Both the position numbers and the translations under genes were made by a program. DNA of 64,000 nucleotides from Eledone cirrhosa (lineage: Eukaryota): assembly GCA_964016885.1 (NCBI GenBank), contig OZ024740.1:306032001-306096000 (forward strand). The letters are read 5' to 3'. Shown piece after piece: positions 26,496 to 37,799 of this stretch. Under the pieces are notes generated by a model. That model worked only from the letters and a program-made list of their open reading frames with translations. It did no database searches and was not told where the DNA came from. Positions within the stretch are counted from its first letter, which is position 1; each line of letters opens with the position of its first letter.

Positions 26496-28830
26496 ATGCC
26501 GCCAACAACAAATCCTCCGGCGCCAGCTGTTCAACAGAACCCTAATAAACCACCGCCACCAGGAACTCTTCCGATGGGCCCACAACCTGGAGCTCCGTAC
26601 AACATGCCAATGACACCGCCGATGACTCCAGTTGGTCCACCACCTCCGAGAGGCTATCCTCCGCAGCAAGGACCTTACCAAGTTCCGTATGGTGCACCTT
26701 GTCCACAAGGCCCTCCTGGTCAGCCACCTGTAAATTATGCTGCTCAAGGTCCTCCTCCACGATACCCAGGACCTCCAGGTCCTCAAGGCCCCCCGCCAGG
26801 TCAGAGACCACCCGGACCACCAGGACCACCAGGTCAACAAGGCCCTCCACCAGGTCAGAGACCACCCGGACCACCAGGACCACCAGGTCAACAAGGCCCT
26901 CCACCAGGTCAGAGACCACCCGGACCACCAGGACCACCAGGTCAACAAGGCCCTCCACCAGGTCAGAGACCACCCGGACCGCCTGGACCACCAGGACAGC
27001 CAGGACAACCTCCTATGCAAAGGCCACCGTATCAACATCCCTACCCACCAGCTGGACAACAACCGATGCAACAACGTCCTCCTGGCCCACCAGGTCAACC
27101 TCCAATGCAAAGGCCACCGTATCAACATCCCTACCCACCAGCTGGACAACAACCGATGCAACAACGCCCTCCGGGACCACCTGGGCAGCAACCAATGCAG
27201 CAGCGTCCTATGGGACCATTTGGTCAAGCTCCAATGTATGCCCCAAGACCAGGTGGACCTCCACCACAAGGACAACCAGGATACCCGCCTCAGGATCCGC
27301 GTATGCAAATGTATCCTTACAGAGCCCCACCACCACCTCGTCCACAAGGCCCACCTCCACCACCTTCAGGACCCCCTGTAATTACTATAACTGAAGCACC
27401 CAAAGTTGATCCCGAAGAGAAAAAAGCTGAGGCTAAAAGAGCCGAAGAGGAAAAAGCTGAAGCTAAAAGAGCCGAAGAGGAAAAAGCTGAAGCTAAAAAA
27501 GCCGAAGAGAAAAAAGCTGAGGCTAAAAAAGCCGAAGAGAAAAAAGCTGAGGCTAAAAAAGCCGAGGAGAAAAAAGCTGAGGCCAAAAAGGCCGAAGAGA
27601 AAAAAGCTGAAGAGAAAAAAATAGAGGAGAAGAAAGCTGAGAAAAAGGTTGCTGACAAAACAGCAGAGAAAAGGGTCGAGGAAAAGAAACCAGTTGCAAA
27701 GAAAAGTGACACAGATAAACATGTCAGTGTTCATAAAGTTCCATATAAACCGAAATCTCCCGCGAACCCTATTTCGAAACCAGAAAAGGCGCAAATGGGA
27801 AAATACGGTTATAATCCTGTTGGCGGTCCACCTTCATCGCCAAAGAAAAGCAAAGGGCCAGTTGTTCCAGCACAGACGAAAAAAGATGAACCCAAAACAA
27901 CAGGCAAATATGGATACAGTCCTGTAGGAGGTCCCCCTCCGTCACCGAAAAGGGCAAAATCACCACCAGTGGTTCAACCACCTAAAACAAAACCGCAAGC
28001 TTCCAAATATGGTTACAACCCAGTCAGTGGTCCACCATCATCACCCAAAATCGTAACATCACCAGTACTAGAACGAAAACATAACTATGTTCCTCCAACG
28101 AGTCCAATCTCTTTTATTCCCACAGCGAAACCTCCTGTTACAAGTGCAGCCGAAAAACCACGTCAGTTTGGTTACTATCCTATTGGAGGGACGCCACTTT
28201 CCCCTAAAGCCACCCGTTCTCAACCTGCTAAAACAGATATTGTCAAAGCTACTGATTCTAGAAAATCCAAATCCCAAGAACAAACGAGACCACCTCCGAA
28301 AAAATCGGTTCCCCCACCAACAAGACCTCCACCGATTACGGACGCTAGGAAAGGTCCTCCACCAAGTGCAGTCTCTAAGAAAGGTCCACCACCAGAACAA
28401 AGGAGAGCCCCTCCTCCACAAAAACAAAGCGTGCCACCACCAGCAAAACAAACTATGCCACCACCAAAGATTGAAGTTATTGAAAAGAAAACAGAACCAA
28501 AGAAAACGGAACCACAGAAAACAGAACCAAAGAAAACGGAACCACAGAAAACAGAACCAAAGAAAACGGAACCACAGAAAACAGAACCAAAAAAAACGGA
28601 GCCGGCAGTTTCGAAAAAACCTGCACCAACTGAAGAGAAGAAAGAGTCGAAAGATGAGGAAAAAGTAAAAGAGAACCCAGCACCAAAGACAGAAGAAGAA
28701 AAACCAAAAGCTGACGAAGAAAAACCGAAATCAACATTAAAACCAGACGTCCAGGGTGCTGAAAACCCAGCGAAAGTAAAAGAAGTAACAGAAAAAGAAG
28801 AAAAGCCAAAAGAATCTCTCAGGAAAGACA
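26496..28830 (+). CDS. Host gene coding exon A1: Pro/Gly/Gln-rich then Lys/Glu/Pro-rich repeat region
   Basis: Uninterrupted 784-codon ORF with synonymous variation among repeats. Donor A|GTAAGA at 28830/28831 (phase 1). Confidence 0.85.
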
Positions 28831-29313
28831 GTAAGATAAACTATATTTAACATTTGTGTCAGGGTCACTAATAATTTTAATGTTCTCTTTTAATGTTCTC
28901 TTTTAATGTCCTCTTTTAATGTCCTCTTTTAATGTTAAGGGTACTTGAAATGTAGTGTCGGATTTTATTTTTATATCTCCAGTCTTTTTATTTTCATATC
29001 TCCAGTGTCGACAAAATAAATACCAGTTATATAATGAGGAGGTTTAATTGACGATACTCTTCCCTACAAATTAGTGCCGAAATTAGTTATTGTTATTCAA
29101 TTATTTCTTTTGTATTATATTGTGGAATTGAAAGTCTAAAACGATGATGTATTTCTCATATGAAATAACAATGTGGTTAACACCAAAAATCGAAATAGTT
29201 GTTGTATAGTTATGTATGTATGTATGTATGTATGTATGTATGTATGTATGTATGTATGTATGTATGTATGTATGTATGTATGTATGTATGTATGTATGTA
29301 TGTATGTATGTAT

Positions 29314-29666
29314 GTCAGGTCACCAGTTGGTGCTACTGGTAACAGCGGTTAAACCACTGGGAGTGAAGGACCCCTAGCCTTTGTCAGGGCATTCTTCTAG
29401 GAGAAGGCAACTCAAGAAACTGGGATAACTCCGATATAAAACCAGCGGCTCAGTAGTTACCGATGATGTTGACCTTTTCTTAGTTTCGGGTTATAGCTAC
29501 TGTCGCTCAGACAGTGAGGTTGGTCAGTGCACAGTTTTTCCACACTTTAAAAAAAATCTTCACGCACAGGCATTGCACGATGCCATTAAACAATTAATTA
29601 ATAATTATTAATAATGTTATATCGTACAATAGGCATACTCGATAACGAGGGCGTAGCCATCATCAT
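29314..29666 (+). mobile_element. Short RTE derivative (subfamily 2, internally deleted) after (TATG)n
   Basis: Starts GTCAGGTCACCAGTTGGTGCTACTGGTAAC and ends CTCGATAACGAGGGCGTAGCCATCATCAT. Confidence 0.7.
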
Positions 29667-29909
29667 TGTGTATGTATGTGTATTATGTATGTATTCACTG
29701 AAAATATATATATATATATTTTTTTTTTTGCTCCCCTTATCATCGAGCAGTTTTGCAAACAACATGGTTGGATTAATTGCGATATATTATATATATATAA
29801 TGCTGATAATTATATATATATAATTATATATGATAATTATATATATATAATGCTGAAAGCATAGAAGCCATATGTATGTACGTATATACTTATATATATA
29901 TATATCCGT

Positions 29910-29941
<32 letters not shown>

Positions 29942-29959
29942 CTAAAAGTCTAAAGTCTG

Positions 29960-30225
29960 TCTTACGCCAGAAGGGTCATTTGGCTGGTGCTTACCCCGGT
30001 TTCATGGCGTGAAGCGTCTGAGAGTACAAGACTCCCCCCTGAACAGGACGCCAGTCCATCGCAGGGTTAAACCTCAAACTATTGCTGGTACTCATTTTCA
30101 GCTGAGTATACTAGAGCAACGTGAAATGAAATGTTTTGCTCAAGAACACAACACGCAACCCAGTAATCGAACCCACGACATTATGATCGTATGTCCAATA
30201 CTCTTACCACTAGGGCACGTACCTC
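29960..30225 (-). mobile_element. tRNA-derived SINE
   Basis: Reverse complement resembles 303-575 (GTGCCCTAGTGGTAAGAG...GGTTCGATT). Confidence 0.65.
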
Positions 30226-30227
30226 CA

Positions 30228-30269
<42 letters not shown>

Positions 30270-30295
<26 letters not shown>

Positions 30296-31240
30296 GGGTG
30301 TGTGTGTGTGTGTGGTGGAATGCTGGGTTATATCCTTGGGATGTGGTTGATTCATGGGATCGATGTCCAATATGTGTAATCCGTGGTTGGGTTGGTCGGA
30401 AGAGGGGAGATGTGGGGTGCGCGCGCAACAGGAAGTGGTCAGAGGGTCAAGGCAGGGGGAGGGTTGTGTGTCTGTGTGTGCGGGGAGGTGGTCAGAGATA
30501 AGGGCATAGCAGCAGTCGGGGAGAATGGTAAGTGAAGAAATCTGTGTGTGCGGAGATGCGGTGGACAGGGGAGAGGATGGGTAGGTGTGAAAGTTGGAGT
30601 GAGGGGGGGTGTATTAGTAGAGGTGTTAGTGGGATGTGTGTGTGTGTGTGTGTGAGAAAGAGTGTGGGTGGAGCGGGGGAGAGAAGGGTGTGGGAGCCGG
30701 TGGAGGGAGTGTAGTATACTGGTGTGTGTGTGTGTGTTTGGATGGGTGTGTGTGTGTGTGTGGTGAAGGGGGTGTTAGTGGGTGTTAGTATACTGGTGGT
30801 GGAGAAAGGGTTGAATGCGGGTGTGAGTGGGGGTCAGTGGTGGTAGGGTGTGTAGAATGGGTGGTGTAAGTGGGTGTGTGTGTTCGTGTGCGTAGGATTG
30901 GGGGGTGTTAGTGATGTTAGTTGCGGGGTGGTGGGGTGGATGTGTGGGGGTGAGGGTTAGTGATGGTAGTAGGGTGTGTGTTTAGTGTGAGCGCGTGTAT
31001 ATATGTACGGGTGGGTGCATGCGTGTGATAAAGGGAGGGGGGAGAAGAAAGGAGGGATGTTAGTTGGGGAAGGGTGGTCGGGTGTGGGGTGGAGGTGTTA
31101 GTATTGTTAGTTGTGGGTGGGCGGTGAAAAGGAGGGGTGTGTTAGTGGTGTTAGTGGGGGATATGTAGGGGGGGGGGGGGTCGAAGGCTAAAGGAATAAG
31201 GGTGGGGAGTTCAGGCCGGGGGGAGTGTGGGTCTGTAGGG
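30270..31240. repeat. G/T-rich low-complexity tract
   Basis: Degenerate GT and GGG runs with strong strand skew. Confidence 0.7.
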
Positions 31241-31559
31241 TGAAGATGGTTCGTTGTTCGACCCTGAGGAGAGTGGCGGGTGTTCCGTGGCATTGGAGTA
31301 GGCCACAGACTGTGAGGTGGTGCGCAGAATATCCAGGGGCACCAATATATATATATATACATATATATATATATTGTAGAGTGAAATGACTTCTACATGA
31401 CTAGATGATTTCATACACATGAAACAGTTCTAGTCCTGTAGAAGTCATTTCTATATACAATAAAGATGCCGATACTCTAGCAATGGATTCAGTACATTTT
31501 TTAACTGTGGTTGCACTCCGATACAACTCAGGAATCTACATATCATATATATGTATGCC

Positions 31560-32370
31560 TTCTTCTTCTTCTTCTTCTTCTTCTTCTTCTTCTTCTTCTT
31601 CTTCTTCTGTCGTGGACATTCTTTAGACATTCCTTCCAGTGGGTCCTGTCAGAAGCAACCGTCTCCAACTGATCCGGCTAGATACCCAAGCGAAACTAGC
31701 CAACCTCAGAGATGTGTTCAAAACCATCTTGCTCGGGGTCTACCTCTGGGTCTCTTGCCGGTTGGTATTACCTGTAAAATCTGTCCAGCGATTCTTTTCT
31801 GAGACATTCTCACCACATGCCCATAGTATCGGAGTTGTGATCTCCGAATTCGGAGAAGTAGCGGCTCTATCTGGAGTGCCTCTTTGATCTCCGAGCTATG
31901 CACTCTATCGAGTAACGTTACTCCAAAGACCCTTCGGAGGAACCCCATTTCGGACGCTTGTATTCACGATCGTATTCTTTCAGTCATTACCCAAGATTCA
32001 TGACCATAGGTAAGGATTGGCACGAATACCGAATTGAAGATAGCGAGTTTGGCTTTTACACCTACCTGATAAAGCTTAAGCTGGCACATTACTGCACCAG
32101 CTCCTATAATTCTTGCACTTAATTCGGTCTCCTGTTTTCCATCATTCGTGAATACGGCTCTGAAATACTTGAATTTCTCCACCTGCTTCAGTGGAACTCC
32201 ATTCACATGTAGAGCTCACTGCACAGACATCCTTGAGAGGACAAGTGTCTCAGTTGTCGCAGCACCGATTTTCATTCCAGCCATGCAGCACTCGGCATCA
32301 AACCTATCAAGTGCATGTCGGAGATCACTTTCTGATGAACTAAGTAATACCATGTCGGCTGTTCATGTCA
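31560..32370 (-). mobile_element. RTE LINE 3' part with (GAA)n tail
   Basis: LKQVEKFKY, PILTYGHESW, LRRVFGVTLLDR, QLRYYGHV.RM, GKRPRGRPRARW. (TTC)n at 31560-31607. Confidence 0.9.
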
Positions 32371-32696
32371 ATCCTGTTCATGCAAATACGGAACAGGGGT
32401 GTGATAGTACGGAGCTTTGGCGGAGTCCCACATTATATGTCAAATATTAAAATATATATACATATATACACATATATCGCTTGCTGCGCCTCGTACAACA
32501 GCTTATGAATGTATATGTTTCCCCGTGTCTGCTTTCCCTGTTTCGCTTTGTTTACATTGTCCTACAGTACAATCTGTGCATATTATTTCATAACACCAAC
32601 ACGACATAGATACAATTCTTACCGCTTAGCTTTTTCTAACTTTATCTCTTTCATATATATATATATATATATATACCCATACATACATACATACAT

Positions 32697-35078
32697 GGTG
32701 GCTGCCAACTCGTTTTCGAGTACGGCCACTACTTTATATCCATGTAGGAGAACCCCTACTGATGCGCTAAACGAGTGTGACTTTTCAGTCCAGCCAGCGA
32801 CTTGAAAACTCTGGTACAAACACGACACTTGTGACAATTATTGACACATAGTGCTAGGCCCATGGTACCATGTGACGACAAGTGCAGAGAGATCTCCAGA
32901 TATAAAGCAATGCCTGTGCCGTGAAGCTTTTATAGTGAGCAAAGGTACTGCACAAAGCCAGTCCCACTCTCTTAACCAAGATGATATTTACCAAAAAGAA
33001 GAACAAGTCAACATCATTGGATACCATCAGGGTTGCAGGTGTTATATCAGAGTTTTCCTTCTCCTAGAATTCTGCCTTGACAAAGGCTAAGGGGTCATCT
33101 CTCCCTGTGATTTTGGATGGCCATTGACTCTTAAGAGCTCTTTTGCCCTTTGACAGGTTTTGTTTTTAGTCCTGCAGGATGTCCAAAGTCACCCTCCTCA
33201 CCAAGAAACCTTGGCGGGGTTGCCAGTTTAGTCGCCAACGACCCGACCATGAGTCATACATACATACAAACACGGGTACAAACACTACACTTGTGACAAT
33301 TATTGACACATAGTGCTGGGCACATGGTACCATGTCACGACAAGTGCAGAGAGATCTCCAGATATAAAGCAATACCTGTGCTGTGAAGCTTTTATAGTGA
33401 GCAAAGGCACTGCACAAAGCCAGTCCCACTCTCTTAACCAAGATGATATTTACCAAAAAGAAGAACAAGTCAACATCATTGGATACCATCAGGGTTGCAG
33501 GTGTTATATCAGAGTTTTCCTTCTCCTAGAATTCTGCCTTGACAAAGGCTAAGGGGTCATCTCTCCCTGTGATTTTGGATGGCCATTGACTCTTAAGAGC
33601 TCTTTTGCCCTTTGACAGGTTTTGTTTTTAGTCCTGCAGGATGTCCAAAGTCACCCTCCTCACCAAGAAACCTTGGTGGGGTTGCCAGTTTAGTCGCCAA
33701 CGACCCGACCATGAGACAGGTTGTACTGGGATACATGTTACCAGTAGCACCAACTGGTGACCTGACCATAACATACATACATACATACATACATACATAC
33801 ATACATACATACATACATACATACATACATACATACATACATACATACATGGTGGCTGCCAACTCGTTTTCGAGTACGGCCACTACTTTATATCCATGTA
33901 GGAGAACTCCTACCGATGCGCTCAACGAGTGTGACTTTTTAGTCCAGCCAGCGACTTGAAAACTCTGGTACAAACACTACACCTGTGACAATTATTGACA
34001 CATAGTGCTGGGCCCATGGTACCATGTGACGACAAGTGCAGAGAGATCTCCAGATATAAAGCTATGCCTGTGCCGTGAAGCTTTTATAGTGAGCAAAGGC
34101 ACTGCACAAAGCCAGTCCCACTCTCTTAACCAAGATGATATTTACCAAAAAGAAGAACAAGTGAACATCATTGGATACCATCAGGGTTGCAGGTGTTATA
34201 TCAGAGTTTTCCTTCTCCTAGAATTCTGCCTTGACAAAGGCTAAGAGGTCATCTCTCCCGGTGATTTGGGATGGCCATTGACTCTTAAGAGCTCTTTGCC
34301 CTTTGACAGGTTTTGTTTTTAGTCCTGCAGGATGTCCAAAGTCACCCCCCTCACCAAGAAACCTTGGTGGGGTTGCCAGTTTAGTCGCCAACGACCCGAC
34401 CATGAGTCATACATACATACATACATACATACATACATACATACATACATACATACATACATACATACATGGTGGCTGCCAACTCGTTTTCGAGTACGGC
34501 CACTACTTTATATCCATATAGGAGAACCCCTACCGATGCGCTGAACGAGTGTGACTTTTTAGTCCAGCCAGCGACTTGAAAACTCTGGTACAAACACTAC
34601 ACTTGTGACAAATATTGACACATAGTGCTGGGCCCGTGGTACCCTGTGACGACAAGTGCAGAGAGATCTCCAGATATAAAGCAATGCCTGTGCCGTGAAG
34701 CTTTTATAGTGAGCAAAGGCACTGCACAAAGCCAGTCCCACTCTCTTAACCAAGATGATATTTACCAAAAAGAAGAACAAGTCAACATCATTGGATACCA
34801 TCAGAGTTGCAGGTGTTATATCAGAGTTTTCCTTCTCCTAGAATTCTGCCTTGACAAAGGCTAAAGGGTCATCTCTCCCGGTGATTTTGGATGGCCATTG
34901 ACTCTTAAGAGCTCCTTTGCCCTTTGACAGGTCTTGTTTTTAGTCCTGCAGGATGTCCAAAGTCACCCTCCTCACCAAGAAACCTTGGTGGGGTTGCCAG
35001 TTTAGTCGCCAACGACCCGACCATGGGTCAGGTTGTACTGGGATACATGTTACCAGTAGCACCAACTGGTGACCTGAC
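32697..35078 (-). mobile_element. Head-to-tail array of four short bipartite RTE derivatives separated by (TACA)n
   Basis: Units at about 32697-33255, 33275-33770, 33850-34407 and 34470-35078 are near-identical. They carry the RTE 5'UTR-like TCTAGGAGAAGGAAAACTCTGA, and all but unit 2 carry a C2H2-coding 3' end and tail. Confidence 0.75.
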
Positions 35079-35119
35079 ATAAATACATACATACATACAT
35101 ACATACATACATACATACA

Positions 35120-35150
<31 letters not shown>

Positions 35151-35270
35151 TGTTATACTTTGGGAGAGTCTTGCTGCCAATAAAAACACACGCCCCTGTC
35201 GGTTTTCATTTCAATTTATTATAAATTTCCAGCTGGTTAGTTTAATGACAGGGTGATGTTTATTTGTTTA

Positions 35271-35315
35271 TTATCAAAGCTCTTTCGTCACATATTCTGT
35301 GACTTCCCCAGTGAC
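35271..35315 (-). ncRNA. Degenerate hammerhead ribozyme (Penelope-type), core mutated
   Basis: Minus strand reads GTCA-CTGGGGA-A-GTCACA-GAATA-TGTGAC-GAAA-GAGCTT-TGAT. CTGANGA is altered to CTGGGGA. Confidence 0.55.
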
Positions 35316-35539
35316 TAATTTCTTATTTTGTACCCTCCGCCGCCCCTTTGTTCTAGCCTACACCCTCTTGTCTTGTTTTTGTGAGTGTTGTGACTAATGA
35401 GGGTCCCGTTTCATCCCACATACAATGGCAAAGTTTGCCGAAAGCATTTATAGCTTTGTCTATAGAGTTGAGTAATTCATAATCAAGAGTGGCACTTGAG
35501 TTCACTCTGTTCCTCAGATATACAGACATGACTATGTGA

Positions 35540-35900
35540 TACACAACTACATTAAACACAACCACAAGGATGTGGTCCGAACGTGGACGAGCCGAACTCC
35601 CACTGTCATCGCCTCCATCTCTCTGTATGGTGAGCAAATGGGGTCCCACGTGCTGGCCTCCCCACATCCTCCAAGACGTTTCCCCGGGGGATGGTAAGGG
35701 AGATGCGCTGGAAGAGCCATTCCAACTCGCGAGGCTCACACCTGCGGCTAGCCAGATCAGCGCCTATGGTGGTGAGTAGGGAAGTAGCCCTAGGGCCGAG
35801 GACACTAGAAATCTCCACTACCAAGGGCACGACCGCAAACCTGTCGGAGAGCGACCGGTAGAGTTTGGCCTCCTCAGCCCGAAGAAGTTTGTTTCGCTAT
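35540..35900 (-). mobile_element. CRE-like LINE 3' fragment
   Basis: VPLVVE..VLGPRA..L..IG..EPRELEWLFQRISL.I.RGN. Its 3' end recurs at about 41535-41670 (+). Confidence 0.7.
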
Positions 35901-36141
35901 CACGTGGCATCGGATTCAATATCCTAAACCCCTAATTTTACTAAAATTAATAAAAGAATGAGTTTCTGTGTCTATTATTTTTACGTGTCCATCTATTTAT
36001 TCACCTGTAACCTTTCAATCCGTGTTATCCATGTATTAAATATATCCTTCAGCATACCAACTTCTTACCTAACTATCTACCTATTTTCTTCTTATCAATC
36101 TATATTCCGGCCTTCCTCCCTACCTCCTATCTCACTCTCTC

Positions 36142-36220
<79 letters not shown>

Positions 36221-36366
36221 ATATATATATATATATATAAAGTGAACAACACAATATATATATTGGTAATGGAGTAGTTATATATTGTGTTGGTCACTTT
36301 CTAATTAAATACCTCTGTTCTATACATAGAGCACTCTTTTTTACTTTGTTTTTTCTTCGGAATTAC

Positions 36367-36407
<41 letters not shown>

Positions 36408-36494
36408 ACATGAATAGACCTGTTATTTTTCTCTAAAAAGATTTTTTCTGACTCTGCCCTGCCCGTCCCTTCAATCTTTCTAATTTCTCATTCT

Positions 36495-36532
36495 TTCTAC
36501 TGATGAAGGACTAATGTCCGAAACGTTAAGAC
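36495..36532 (+). ncRNA. Minimal type I hammerhead ribozyme (Penelope pLTR type)
   Basis: CTGATGA-A-GGAC-TAAT-GTCC-GAAA-CGTTA: intact core, stem II and a palindromic ACGT stem III. Confidence 0.7.
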
Positions 36533-36672
36533 CCTCTGCCTGCTATTTCAAGTGTTAAACTAATATATTCCTTCCATATACTGTACTGATTGTGTTGTTA
36601 TTTCTGTTTACCTTCTACACACACACATATATATATATATATATATTATATATATACATTTTTCTCTTTCTG

Positions 36673-36707
<35 letters not shown>

Positions 36708-37170
36708 GTACGGTGGCTATGGTGAAAGAAGTTATATGGTGGACGAGGTTAAGAGGACTGAGGACAGATGCCTTTCTCTCCGGACAACAATTGATTCCCT
36801 TCTTTAAGTATCACTTTAGAAGGAGAATCAGGGTGGAGAGAGAGGCACTGCACCCCAGTAAATTTACTGAAAGGTGGGTGAATGAAGCGAAAATGGCCCG
36901 AGTGATTGGGCCTTCTCTGTTTATAAGCCTGTAGGTTGAGGAAGAGAGCAAAAGGAAGACAGGAGACCTTGCACAACACGCCCCTGAAGTTGAGGGTTGT
37001 TCTATCGACGGGGTATTAAACAACCCATTTGTAGCGCCTCCCCCCTATTGGGGATTTCGATTGTTGTAATTGTTTGTTTTTATATTTTTTACACGACTGT
37101 ATGTAAAATCCCCGGCATGTCTTTGTATTGTCCCCTTTTCTTATGCGCCCTTGTGGCTAATAAAGAAATT
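36708..37170 (+). mobile_element. 5'-truncated Tx1 LINE 3' end inserted in (TATC)n
   Basis: VAMVKEVIWWTRLRG...FKYHFRRRIRVER matches the C-termini at about 22600 and 25330. AATAAA at 37159. Confidence 0.8.
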
Positions 37171-37187
37171 TATCTATCTATCTATAG

Positions 37188-37459
37188 GTATACAAACTGG
37201 TGCAGCCGGCCGAAGAGGTTCTCGTGTCTCATTTTCCAGTGCTTCCGGTACGGCTGCGAAACGGTTGAGTATAGGCAGCAACAAAGATGAACCTATGACA
37301 GCATTAAGAAAGAAATCTATCCAGAATTTCCTTATGGAAAAGGCTAAACAAGAAAAACACAGATTATCAGTATTGCCTGGGGACGCCGGACGAATATCTA
37401 TATCTCAGGCAATACCCGGAGAGCGAATCACATTTGCTAACCTCGTATTGAAAACACAG
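37188..37459 (+). CDS. Host gene exon A2 (basic Ser-motif region)
   Basis: TAG| acceptor (phase 1, matching exon A1) and CAG|GTATGT donor (phase 0). Encodes IQTGAAGRRGSRVSFSS...RKKS...ITFANLVLKTQ. Confidence 0.75.
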
Positions 37460-37799
37460 GTATGTTCAGTTTATTATCATATTACAGTGTACCCCCGGCA
37501 TTCGCCGTCCTGGTTATTCACCCAATTTTCCTTAGAACCTAACTAATAATTGTTCGTGGAAACCACCGAATATTTGTGGAATCGTAAATATCTTCCGCGA
37601 TTTTTTTAATGGCTTTTTTCGTGGCAATATATATTTTTTCACGCTTTTTAACGCTAAATTATTAATAACAATATACCGTATTTGCCGGCCTATATTTTAC
37701 GTTGTTTTGACGCTTATAGGCATTTTTATGGACTACGTCCAATATTCGCGGTTTTCTACTCTTCGCAAGTGCTCTAGGAACTATAGCATGTGGGAAATA

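Noticed and set aside
26750-27400. Collagen
   Set aside because: Gly periodicity is not a sustained Gly-X-Y and there is no signal peptide.
26415-28809. Long overlapping ORFs on other frames and the opposite strand (e.g. Trp-rich 310 aa)
   Set aside because: These are shadows of the CCA/AAA-rich repeat exon.
32697-35078. CRISPR-like array or repeated 79-aa gene (MLGPWYHVTT...)
   Set aside because: The units are long and near-identical with no unique spacers and no cas genes. The 79-aa ORFs are antisense to the retroelement.
34960-35078. HDV-like ribozyme at the mini-RTE 5' end
   Set aside because: Plausible for RTE 5' UTRs, but I could not assign a P1/P1.1 nested pseudoknot by eye. It needs a descriptor search.
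37483-37512. Helitron 3' end on the minus strand (CGGC-ATTC-GCCG hairpin)
   Set aside because: No CTRR terminus or matching 5' end was found.
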